A DNA stretch of 64,000 bases from Sminthopsis crassicaudata (lineage: Eukaryota): assembly GCF_048593235.1 (NCBI RefSeq), contig NC_133622.1:189503198-189567197 (forward strand). The letters are read 5' to 3'. The notes below the pieces were generated by a model, which saw only the letters and a program-made list of their open reading frames with translations, did no database searches and had not been told where the DNA came from. Of this stretch, positions 12,007 to 23,153 are shown piece after piece. Within the stretch, counting starts at the first letter, position 1. Every line of letters begins with the position of its first letter. A program made the translations under genes and the position numbers.

Positions 12007-13323
12007 TCCTTCCCTCCTTCCTTCTGTCCTTCCCTTCTTCCTTCCTTCCCTCCTTATAGATTTGGAGCTATAAGGGACTTTCAACTCTAGAGTCCAATCA
12101 CTCATTTTACAGAAGAAGAAACTGAGCCACAAAGCAAAGTGACTTGGCCAGGGTTTCAGAGCTAGTGAGTATTTGAGGGAGGATTTGAACTCAGGACTTC
12201 CAGTCCAACACTCTTGTTACATTATCCACTTCCTTTTTGATGTCAGATGAGTCAGAATGCATTTCAAGGTAAGTACTGACAAAGGACAACTCTGTCAAAA
12301 CAATCAAGACTTTCCTCAGATCCCCCTGGATGCCTAGGTTTGTGCTTATTTGCATTATAAGTGAGCCAGGAGATGGGGAAGAGTGGCTCCCCGCCCTCAA
12401 GAAAGTCATTTTGTGGAACAGAAAAGCAAGAAGCCTGGCCTTATGGTCTGAGGAAGGACGAGACAATACAAATTGGGGTAATTAATGAAGAATTAAGGGT
12501 TAAACTTGGGAGAATTGACTTTGCAGAGTTCTGGAACTTCAGAGACTGTAGAAATCAGTGTAGGAGAAAGTCATCTGGGAGTTTTTAGAAGGAGCTGAGT
12601 TTTGAACTGGATCTTAAAAGCTGAGCAAGATTTGGATAAATGGAAAGTCAGATATGGGGGTGAGAATGAGCCTAAAGTGTGGGACTATGGGCAAGATAGT
12701 GGATCCTAGTAGAGGATCCAATCTAGTTAGATCTAGAGGATCGAAAATGTTGCCCTCAGCAAGGAGCACTCCTTAAGCACTCTGCTGAATACTTTGGGAA
12801 AAAAATCACTTCCTTCTTAGAGATAGGAACAGGGTGTTGGAGAAGGAAAAAAGAAATGAGAGGCAGAGAAAGAGAGAAGTGGGGAGATGGAGCTTGGTTT
12901 TAAAAGGCTTTAAAAGCCAGGTTACAGAATTGGGCAGGAAATGAGGAATGGACAGGGATCACTTAGAAATCAGGGAGAATGCCATGATAGGACAAGTCTG
13001 ACCAAGTTACAGGCTAACCGAGTTGGGGGATGGGGCAAGACTGTATCCTTTTTGGGGACATGGCAGGCCAGCTGAGAGGTGACTATAGTTGTTCTGTGAG
13101 ATCATTTGGAATTCATTTTTGTAAGTACTTGGTGTTCATGTCAACCCTCAAACACTTATTCCCTTCATTTTTTTTTTTTCTTTTTCAAACCGACATTTGT
13201 AATTTAAGGGAAATTCAATTATGATGTTTTGGGTTCATTTATACACTTCAAGCCTCAGACTGTTCCCCACTGCCAAGTGTTTAGAGTCCAACACAACTTC
13301 ACAGCCTTCTAAATGAGGTTGTG

Positions 13324-13648
13324 NNNNNNNNNNNNNNNNNNNNNNNNNNNNNNNNNNNNNNNNNNNNNNNNNNNNNNNNNNNNNNNNNNNNNNNNNNNNN
13401 NNNNNNNNNNNNNNNNNNNNNNNNNNNNNNNNNNNNNNNNNNNNNNNNNNNNNNNNNNNNNNNNNNNNNNNNNNNNNNNNNNNNNNNNNNNNNNNNNNNN
13501 NNNNNNNNNNNNNNNNNNNNNNNNNNNNNNNNNNNNNNNNNNNNNNNNNNNNNNNNNNNNNNNNNNNNNNNNNNNNNNNNNNNNNNNNNNNNNNNNNNNN
13601 NNNNNNNNNNNNNNNNNNNNNNNNNNNNNNNNNNNNNNNNNNNNNNNN
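13324..13648. other. Assembly gap
   Basis: Run of N. Confidence 1.
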
Positions 13649-14344
13649 CTTTTTCCCGGTTCTGAATCAAAAATTCACCTTGTGCCAAGACCAAACAAGC
13701 TTGGGCTCCAGAAGCCTCCAGCACTATTAGAAATTCCATACCTATGAACTGAGGGTGTCAGAGACTTTGCTGCTGAATATCCCCCTCCCCTAGGGCTAGA
13801 GGCCAAGGCTCCTCAGCTTGGCTAGCCATCAAGTCCCCTTTCCTCCCAGACCCCCACCAGCCTCCTGAGCCTTTTCTCATGCCCACAAACAGCAAGTTAG
13901 AGATGCCCTGAGCCTGAAAGGCATTATGTGGTCTACACTCAATGTACAAATGAAGAAACTGAGGTTTGTTGATATCATCCCTTATAATCCCAGTCCCCTT
14001 GTAGTTTTCCAAAAAGCAAAAATGCCCCTCCCTAGCCTTCTACTCTCCTATATTCCCTTTCTCCTCTATCCTGATCCTGTCTTTGTACTTTTATCCTCAG
14101 AGTTTAGCACACTGCTTGGTACAGAGTAAGGGCTTACTAATTGCTTTTTCATCCATTTGAGTGATTTGTCCAAGTTCACACAGGCAGCAAGTAGCAGAGC
14201 TGGAATTTGAATCCAGGTTTTGTATATATTTTTTCCTCATCTCTTTGTATCTCCACTGGATAGAAGGTTGAAACTGGAGTCAGGAAAACCTGAATTCATC
14301 CAGAATTCATGCGGACTATGTGCCTCAGTTTACTAAAGTGTAAG

Positions 14345-14592
14345 GTGGGCAGCTAGGTGATGCAGTGGTTAGCATGTCAGGACTGGAGTCAGGAAGATTC
14401 ATCTTCCTGATTCAAATTCAGCCTCAGACACTTACGAGCTATGTGACCTTGGGTAAGTCACTTAACTCTCTTTGCCTCAGTTTCCTCATTTATAAAATGA
14501 GCTGGAAAGGAAATGCTACTCACTCCAGTATCTCTGCTAAGAAAATCTCAAATGGAGTCAAGAATTGCGTACAACTGAAAAACAACTAAACA
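14345..14592 (+). mobile_element. Mar1-type marsupial CORE-SINE
   Basis: ggcagctaggtgatgcagtgg head, cctcagtttcctcatttataaaatgagctgg core, RTE-like 3' end cactccagtatctctgctaagaaaatc...caactgaaaaacaac. Confidence 0.88.
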
Positions 14593-15544
14593 AAAAAAAT
14601 GAGAATAATAATATCATCTATACCCTACAAGATTGTTGTAAGGATAAAATGAGATAATATTTATGAAGTGCTTTAAAAATATTAAAGCATCATATAAATG
14701 CTAGCTATTACTTTTGTTTTATGAATGTCTTCCTGGATAAGATGCAAATTCCTTGAGGACAAATTCCTTGTGACTGACATGAAGTAGGTACTTAATAAAT
14801 GCCACTAGGTTGATTGATAGACCCTGTACACATTGCCACTACTAGAGGCAATTCAAACTAATTTAATTCAGCAAGCATTTATTAAGTGCATCTTGTATTC
14901 AGAGAGCATTGAATTGGACAGTGATGTATAATGGAAAGAATAGAAAACTTTCCCTCCCTGGGGTTACCTTTCCAAATTTTTGGATTGGCTAGTAGAGACA
15001 ATTTGACTTAGAAAGAGCAATGGGTGATGATGAAGAATATGATTAGGGTCAATGTAAGGAATCGCTTCCTGACAATAAGATCTCCAAAAGCAGCACAGGC
15101 TGGCTCAGGGTCTCGTGTAGGGTAGAGACTTCCTTCTCAGGGATGTTATAGACTAAGGATCATAGGATACTTGAGTTAAAGTTGGAAAGGACCTTAAAGG
15201 TCATTGAGTCTAACCCCCTCATTTTACAGATGAGGGAACCAAGGCATCAGGGAAGTGGTGACTTGTGGTGTCTGAGGTCATATAACGATAAAGTTTCTCA
15301 GTCAGGATTTAAACCCAAATTTTCCCTACTCAGATGTGTTTTGGCTTTGATAGTCTCTGAGATTTCTTCAGACTTTTAAATGGCAGGATTCTCAGTTTTG
15401 TGTTTGTCCCGGATGAGTGGGACCCATCTGATTGGCCGTCATTTTCCTTCCTGGCTTCTGTTAGTCTTTGATGCAGGGGAGGATGAAGAAGAAGATGAAG
15501 ATAAAACAAAGGCATTTGGGATTATTATAGATTTAGAGTGGTGG

Positions 15545-15708
15545 GGCAGTGGGTAGCATGCCAGGCCTAGAGTCTAGAAGATCTGAATTCAAACCAGGCT
15601 GAATGACCTGCGCAGATCACTTCATCCTGTTTGCCTCAGTCTCCTCATCTGTAAAATGAGTAGAAGAAGGAAATGACAAACTACTCCAGTGTCTGCCAAG
15701 AAAACTCC
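15545..15708 (+). mobile_element. Mar1-type SINE
   Basis: Head, CORE and aaggaaatgacaaactactccagt tail. Confidence 0.75.
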
Positions 15709-16558
15709 AGCTGATTGCTACCAGTATTGCTGAAAGTATTGGAGGGATTTCGAAAAAGACTCTCCAAATCTCTGATGGTTTCTGCTACATCTGGTTATTT
15801 ATAGGCAGAAGAACTTTTGAGGTTGCATCACAGGTTGGAGGACATGTGTTGGAGGTCAGTGTTACTTTGGTCGAGTTATTTTCTACCTCCAGGAAAGAGA
15901 GGTCTTAGTCAGGACAAAAATCCATGATCCTCAAATTCCGTGATTTATTCCCTTTTTTTTTGAGGGTTTTACTTTTTTTTTTTTTTTTAACTATTTATTT
16001 ATTTTTTAATAATAGCTTTTTATTTTCAAAATACATACAAGATAGGTTTCAATATTATGATTTATTCTCAAAACAGATGGTCAGCCAAAAGTATTGCCTT
16101 CTTGCAGAGAAGAACTTTTCTTGTATGCGATCTTGGGCTAGTCCTTTCCTGGCTCATGGCTTTAGTTTCCTTATTGATAAAATGAGGGGATTGGATTATG
16201 TGGTTCATAAAGTCCTACGATCTTTACTAATCTGTGATCCTAATCCATCCCAGGGCCCTGGGTGGGCAGAACTGGTTTCTGTGGAAGTGGCCCTTAGATT
16301 CTCTTCTCTGTGTGGTGGTGTGAAAAGTGCTTGGGTGATGCTAATGGGATGAGGCAGAGCTTTTCAGAGTGAATTTCCATCAAAGCTCTGGCTGGCCCCA
16401 GTTCTCTGGCTCAGCCCACCAGTGTGGGAGGAAAACACGGAGCTCCAATTCTCTAGGCGCCCAACTGCCTGCCCACCAGGTCGTCCTGGGGACAGCCATC
16501 CTCCCTGGGTGGCAAGGGAAGCATTTAGGGGAACATTCGGTCAGGGTTGCCCTCTCAC

Positions 16559-16620
16559 CCTGCGTGTTGCCCAGGACTTGGACAAAGTCCTGCAAGAAAG
16601 GATGCTCCATGAGCATGGTC
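16559..16620 (-). other. Candidate 62-nt exon, unassigned
   Basis: Minus strand ctctttgtcctatAG|GACCATG...ACGCAGG|GTGAGA; no stop in any frame; protein not recognised. Confidence 0.3.
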
Positions 16621-17007
16621 CTATAGGACAAAGAGATCGTTGCACCTTTTTTGTATCTAGGAAACACAGTCTCATGTGATTCAGACCCCAGAAGTATCTC
16701 AGGGATCATTTAGTCCAAAGCCCTTATTTAAAACAGAATCTGGAACCTGAAGAAGGCTTTGGTTGACTTGATTTATCCGACTATACAAATAGTAATTAAC
16801 AAAACTTAGATTTGAAGCCATGTGCTATAACCTTTGATTTTGGTGCTCCCCCCTGTAACTGAGGCAGGGCCAGGGGAGATGGAGCTCCCTTTGCTTTGTT
16901 ACCACTGGGGTTTTTCAACTATTGAGTTTTCCTTCCCTCTTGGACATTGCCACTTCTCCCTTTCTAAATGACTTAGCAAAGTCTTCTTCTTCACCTTCCC
17001 CTACCCA

Positions 17008-17152
17008 ATTTTTTCCCCTGAGGCAACTGGGGTTAAGTGAGTTGCCCAGGATCACACAGCCAGGAAGTGTTAAGTGTCTGAGGTCAGATTTTAACTCAAG
17101 CCCTCCTGACTTCAGGACTGATGCTCTATCCACTGTACCATCTAGCTGCTCC
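17008..17152 (-). mobile_element. WSINE1-type SINE
   Basis: ctgaggcaactggggttaagtgagttgcccagggatc-like body through ctatccactgtaccatctagctgc; degenerate TSD. Confidence 0.9.
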
Positions 17153-17319
17153 TCCCCCACCTAATATTAATCAGTTCATGGATCCTGCTGAATTAATGAA
17201 ATTAGGATCTTTTATTTTTGCCAGAAATAATGCATTTAATGTTTACTTGTTGATTTTCTAATTTTAAAATGTGTATTCAGTTCATTAATCTTTTTTTTTC
17301 TCTATTGTTTTTTATTTTT

Positions 17320-17570
17320 AATTTTTTCTTTTTTTTATTAAAGCTTTTAAATTTTCAAAAGATATGCTTGGATAAATTTTCAACATTAACCCTTGCAAAA
17401 CCTTGTGTTCCAATTTCCCCCTTCTCCCCACCCCCTCTCCTAGATAGCAAGCAATCCAATATATGTTAAACATGTTAAAAATATGTTAAATCCAATATAT
17501 GCAAATATATGCATACAATTATCTTGCTGCACAAGAAAAATCAAATCAAAAAAGAACAAAATGAAAGCAG
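17320..17570 (-). mobile_element. L1 3' tail fragment
   Basis: Same tail as 8572-8850 (aaagcttttaaattttcaaaag...acccttgcaaaaccttgtgttcc). Confidence 0.88.
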
Positions 17571-18205
17571 GATCTTTTAGAATCCTTAGTCTGTGGAGAA
17601 AACAGAAAAAAAAAAAGAGGCTTGTGCCGTGCCCTCGGGGAGCTTCTAACCTGAGGGAGGCAGAGAAGGTACAGAGCTGGGACTTGCTCTTCTGGTTGGG
17701 AGAAAAAGGAAACGCAGACCCAAGCTCTGCTCTCTTGTAACTCATTATATAGAGAAGAGAGGACTCATACAGAGAACAAAGAATTAAGACAGGAGAGAGA
17801 CAGAGGCATATTAGACTGTATAGAACTGGAAATGTGTAATCCCACAGTTTAACAGTGCCAAGTATATAGTAGTTGCTTAATAAACGCTTGTTGCCTCAAC
17901 ATGCCTTCCCTCATCTTTCCCATTGTCACTAGACCAGGCTGTATGGGAAGAGCCAAAAATACCTTCCATTCTAATGCCTGTTGGTATGGGATTTTCTTCT
18001 TATTAGTGGAGATGAAGGGTCTTTCCCTAAAGTGAGAGGGGAGAGAACTCCAGCCTTTTCCAGTCTGTTCTGGGACTCACCAAAAGTCAGTTTCCCTTTG
18101 GAGATTATTCAAGTGGGAGACTTCAAGGTTTGAGTCCCTCTTCGGGACTCTTTAGGGTCAATCCCCTTTGGACTGGCCAAGCTTCAAGTCTCTTTCAATA
18201 CTTAC

Positions 18206-18265
18206 TCCTTTGAGAAAGAAGATGGAAGAAACCAAGTCCATTTGAGATTGCTGAAGGAAAAGATT
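18206..18265 (-). other. Candidate 60-nt exon, unassigned
   Basis: Minus strand ctcctcccttgtcttcccAG acceptor and GGA|GTAAGT donor; open in all frames; protein not recognised. Confidence 0.3.
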
Positions 18266-18896
18266 CTGGGAAGACAAGGGAGGAGAGATTTGTCCCTAAA
18301 TCGTTTGTTAGTCTAGACATTGTGGGCAGTTTTACATTGGGTGAAATCCAGGTTGAGTTGAATTGTCTTACTCCAGATAGGAGTGACAGAAGGCTTAAGC
18401 AAGAAGCAGCCCCTCGTCCTCCTGAAGAAGCTCCCAGTCTGACTGGGGGATGGGGCACACATACAAGATCATCTCTAGGAGATGGAGGAGGTCCCTCGTG
18501 GATAGTGAGGCTCCATGTGTGGTGAGAATGCTGCCCTCAAAGGGAGGCAGAATAGACATCTCAATCTTTGCTGCTCCTGTTCTTCTCCATGGGGAGGGAG
18601 GGGAAGCAGGAAATTGGGGCCAGAGACCCCTCTGCTCTCCTCAGAGAGAGGAGATACCGAGCTTGAATTATATCCATCTGCTCCTTTAAATATTATCAGT
18701 CTAGGGGACATGATCAAGATAACTTATCACTTTGTCAATTTTGGGGGGAAGGGGAACCCTAAACTCTATATCCAAGCCTTGTCCCCTTTCTTATAAAATA
18801 CCAGTTCCACAATGAAGTCACATAACGAATAGCAAAGAAAGTCCCTTCCAAATTGTAGCAAAACAGAAATCAGAGAAGGTATATGTAAGCTGACAG

Positions 18897-18903
<7 letters not shown>

Positions 18904-18970
<67 letters not shown>
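18904..18970. repeat. (TA)n microsatellite, ~33 units
   Basis: Perfect TA run. Confidence 1.
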
Positions 18971-18972
<2 letters not shown>

Positions 18973-19030
18973 CTCTATATACCAGACAAGTGATAGATAA
19001 GGCTTCTGCCTCCTCCAGCACCCAGCACAA

Positions 19031-19238
19031 GGCTTTACATCCCGGAGGTGCTTGCAAACATATTTGTTCCGTGAAACTGAATAAAATACATGAAATGGAA
19101 CTTTACATTCAAGAGGTGCTTTCAAGCATATTTGTTTAATGGAATTGAATAAAAGGTATGAGAGAGGGCTTTACATCCAGGAGATGCTTACAAACATATT
19201 TGTTCCATGCAATTGAGTAAAAGGCATGAGAGGGGCTT
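19031..19238. repeat. Tandem triplication of a ~68-bp unit
   Basis: ctttacat...gtgctt...aacatatttgtt...tgaataaaa..atga recurs at 19033, 19101 and 19169. Confidence 0.9.
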
Positions 19239-20069
19239 TTTCTGGGGGTCTGGATTTGCCCTTGGTTCCCAATCCCAGATTAAGAGCTCTGAGGAGGCAC
19301 AGAGATAAGCGAGGTGAGCTATAGCAGGCTACCCTGGAGGTCCCGAGCCACTGTGAGAAGGCTACCGCCTGCTTTATGAGTTCAAGATGTTCCAATTCTC
19401 CTCCCTGTGATGTGAGTGAGCCAGGCCCCATGGGAAACCAGGAGTCCTATCTCTCTGCTAATGAAGAGCAGCTGAAGGCTTTACCCTCAGAACCCTGTCT
19501 AGCCCTTGCTCCCCAGGTGCTCAGCCCCAATCTCTCAGCGTGGATTCTCCACATAGAACTGGCCAATGATGGGCAGAGCTTGACCCCCCTTTCTCCTTTT
19601 CTGGCCTCATCTACCTCCTCTATCCACTCCCCATCCCACCCCCCAGTCTTTGCTTGGGTTATTCTAAACTGTAGTGCCTTTTCTTCTCCACATTTCTTTT
19701 CTTTTTAGGTTGAACTTAAATTCTATCTCGCTCAAGAAGCCTTTCCTAAGCAGCCCAGAGTCATTCGTCCATCCTCAGAGTTTAGGGATAAATTCAAAAG
19801 CATTTCTTAAACCCTTGTTATTAAGCACCTCGTATATGTCAGGCACTGGGGATACAAAGAATGGCACAAAAATGCTGCCCTCCCTGCTCAGGTCTCCAAT
19901 CAAGCGTCCTTTAAGACCTCCCAATCTGATGGGTGGGTTATCCTACTTTTGGGTGGCTCTAATCAATAGAATGTTTTCCTATTCTATTAGGTGAAACGTG
20001 CTTCCTTGTGATTTCCCGTATTCTCCTCCTTAGCTCTTACATCCATCTGTAGGACCAAAGTTTCGAAGA

Positions 20070-20300
20070 AAACAGAAGGTTTCTAACAAGGTTTCCTTCC
20101 TTAACACATGCCTTCAAATGCTCATTACCCGCCCCTATCTTCTCTAGGCTGAAAATCCCCGTTTCTCTTAGGTGCTCCCTCTAGCCTCTGGCCCATTCTT
20201 CACTCAGAACCTCCTCCTCTGGATGTATTGCTCTCTGTCCCAAGCTGTGGCCCTCAGAACTGACCACAGGGCTACCTTTAACATTCACCGATTCATAGAC
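20070..20300 (-). mobile_element. CR1/L3 fragment
   Basis: tcttctctaggctgaaaatccccgtttc...ctctgtcccaagctgtggccctcagaactgacc resembles antisense L3 ORF2. Confidence 0.55.
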
Positions 20301-20902
20301 CGTGCTCTCAGGTTTTAGTCTTATCTATTGAAGATCTCAGATTCACTCATCACTTCTTTCCTAAGACTAGAAAAAGGGAAATGTTACTTGTGGGATATCG
20401 CTTATGGAGGGAGTAAGAGACCTTAGGAGCTATGGAGTCCAACTTCATTTTACCCCCTCATCTTATAGATGAAGGAACAGAAACACAGAAAGATTCGGGT
20501 TACCTTGGAAATAAACGTCAAAGGTAAGATTTGAATCCAAGTCCTTTGATTTTGTAATCCCTATTCTTACCAGTATATCACACTGCATACTCTTAATGTC
20601 CTAGAGAAGGATATCATAAGGGGCATAAATATAGCTTTCTGTTGTAGCTTCCTTCTGTCACCACCTATTAATTGTCTGGATCCCAGACAACTCGTTCTCC
20701 ATGTACTCTTTAGTCTCTCTCTGTTTCCCATCCAATGATCCAAATCCAATTCAATCATTATTTTATTATTATTTTCCTTCTCCTCTTTCTTGGAGTCACT
20801 TTACATCAGGCTGTCTAAAGAGGAAGGGGAAGAAGAGAAGAGTGCTAATAAATGTTCCAGCTCTAAAAGAAAGAAAGAAAGAAAATGACTATTATATTCT
20901 TT

Positions 20903-20975
20903 AAAAAATTCTCCCACTACATGTAAAACCAATTTTTAACATTCTTTCTATTTCTTTTTTGAGTTTTGAGTTTCA
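20903..20975 (-). mobile_element. Old L1 tail, left half (continues at 22384-22490)
   Basis: ctacatgtaaaaccaatttttaacattc...ttttgagtttca; resumes as ttttgagtttcaaattctctc. Confidence 0.75.
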
Positions 20976-22290
20976 CTAATGCATTGTTGGTGGAGCTGTA
21001 AATTGATCCAGTCATTCTGGACAGCAGTCTGGAACTATGCCCAAAGGACTATCAAACTGTGCATACCCTTTGATCCAGCAATATCTCTATGGGATCTTTA
21101 TCCTAAAGAGATTATAAATAAGGGAAAAGAACCCATATGTACAGAAATGTTTGCAGGAATTTTTTTTTTGTGGTGTCAAGGAACTGGAAATTGAATGAAT
21201 GCCCATCAGGTGTGGCTGAATGAAGAAGTTGTGGTATAGGAATGAAATGGAATATTATTGTTCTTTTTAATTTTTTATTACATCTTTTTATTTTCAAAAT
21301 ATATGTATGGATAATTTTTCAATATTGACTCTTGCAAAATCTTGTGTTTCAAATTTTCCCCTCACCTTCTTCCCTAGATGGCAAGTAATCCAATATATGT
21401 TAAACATGTTAAAATATGTTAAATCCCATACATATTTATATCATTATTGTGCTGTACAAGAAAAATCAGATCAAAAAGGAAAAAAAATAAGAAAGAAAAC
21501 AAAATGCAAACAAGTAACAGAGAGAGTGAGAATGCCAAGTTGTGTTCCATCCTCTGTTCCCATGGTCCTCTCTCTGGGTGTAGATGGCTCTCTTCATCAC
21601 TGAACAACTAGAACTGGCCTAAATCATCTCATTGTTGAGGAGAGCCACGTCCATCAGAATTGATCATTATATAATATTGCTATTGCTGTATACAATGATC
21701 TCCTGGTCCTGCTCATTTCACTCAGCATCAGTTCATGTCAGTGTCTCGAGACCTCTCTGAAATCATCCTGCTGGTCATTTCTTACAGAACAATAATATTC
21801 CCTTATGCCTCGTTTCAGTAAACCTGGAAAGATTTTACATGATCTGATACTGAGGAAAGTGAGCAGAACCAGGAGAACATCGAAGCAAGATTATGTGATG
21901 ACCAACTATGGTAGACTTAGTTCTTCTCAGCAATACAATGACCCAAGACAAGTTCAATAGACTTAGAATAGAAAATGCCATGCACATCCAGAGAGAAAAC
22001 TATGGAGACTGACTATGGATCAAAGCATATTCTTTTCACCTTTTGTTTGTTTGTTTTTTATTTCTCATGATTTTTCCCTTTTGTTCTGAATTTTCTTGCA
22101 TAACATGACTAATATGGAAACATGTTTAAAATGATTGTCCATGTATAACCTATAACATGTTACTTGCTGTCTCGGGGACAGGGGATGCAAGGGAGAGAGG
22201 GAGAAAAAAATCTGGAACTCAAAATTTACAAAAATGAATGTAGAAAATTAGCTTTATATTTTACAAAATAAAATAATATTGAAATAAAAA
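20976..22290 (+). mobile_element. Middle-aged L1 3' end interrupted by an antisense L1 (pieces 20976-21264 and 21802-22290)
   Basis: ctaatgcattgttggtggagctg...LCIPFDPAI...YPKE; resumes with aaacctggaaagattttacatg; TSD ttttgagtttca at 20964-20975 and 22384-22395. Confidence 0.9.
21265..21801 (-). mobile_element. Younger L1 3' end nested in antisense
   Basis: Same sequence as 8572-9110, from the T-rich tail to cttacagaacaataatattcc. Confidence 0.92.
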
Positions 22291-22383
22291 TTGGAACTTG
22301 TTAAAAGGTTGATTAATGGGAAAAATTAGGTGTGCAATGTCCCAAAGCAACAAATAAAATAACTCAGAGTTTAACAAAAATAA

Positions 22384-22490
22384 TTTTGAGTTTCAAATTC
22401 TCTCTTTTCTCCCTTTTTCCTCCTCCCCTCTCTGATATAGTAAGCAATCCAATATGCTATACATGTGCAATCATTTTTCCATATTAGCCA
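22384..22490 (-). mobile_element. Old L1 tail, right half
   Basis: ttttgagtttcaaattctctc...gtaagcaatccaatatg...acatgtgcaatcat. Confidence 0.75.
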
Positions 22491-22494
22491 ATGA

Positions 22495-22635
22495 TATACT
22501 TTTAAGTTTCATTTGCATTTTATTAATATTTTCTCCATCACTTTCTTGAGTCTAGATAATCAACAAAAGAGGAAATAAAGCTTTGATTTATGTAGTGTTT
22601 GTTGATTTACAAGGTGTGAATATTAACATCAGACC
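22495..22635. mobile_element. MER63-like (hAT-Blackjack) MITE fragment
   Basis: ttattaatattttctccatcactttcttgagtctagataatcaacaaaa; related copies at 40080, 44610 and 49925. Confidence 0.6.
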
Positions 22636-23015
22636 CTCCCAAACTAGTTCCAGCCCCTCGTGTTGGTCTAATCAATCCCCCATCTTCTTATTGTGACATC
22701 AGGAATGGGAGATCAATGAGGGTAATAACTCCACTCCTCCCTTCAAGAGCAATTGTGTTAGTTGCAACTGATTCTTGTCCCAGGTATAGACAGTCCTGTG
22801 TGAAATTTCTCCTGGTCCTGCTTGAATCCTCCTTTTGTTATCATTATGAGTCTCGGGATGATAAGATTATAAAAATGCCACCAGAGGCATTGTTTCTTGT
22901 TCCTTCCCACGTTGCCTTGGCCTTGGTGGCTCTTTAAACTCTAATTTGTCCAAATTGAACCAGGATTTATCACTTTCCTAATAGTCTGATTCTTTTGTAA
23001 AATCTCTTCTCAGTG

Positions 23016-23153
23016 GCAGTTAGGTGGTGCAGTGGATAGAGCACCAGCCCTGAAGTCAGGAGGACCTGAGTTCAAATCTGCTCTCAGACACTTAACACTT
23101 CCTGGCTGTGTGACCCTGGGCAAGTCACTTGACCCCAATTGCCTCAGAGGAAA
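23016..23153 (+). mobile_element. WSINE1-type SINE, near intact
   Basis: gcagttaggtggtgcagtggatagagc (A box), gagttcaaatc (B box); 17-bp TSD aaaatctctt(c/t)tcagtg at 22999-23015 and 23154-23170. Confidence 0.95.

Noticed and set aside
13299-13747. ORFs spanning the gap
   Set aside because: Composed almost entirely of N
18766-19139. YIYIYI-containing ORFs
   Set aside because: Translation of the (TA)n microsatellite
23016-23153. tRNA-like A and B boxes
   Set aside because: Part of a SINE head with TSDs; no cloverleaf or acceptor stem, so not a tRNA gene
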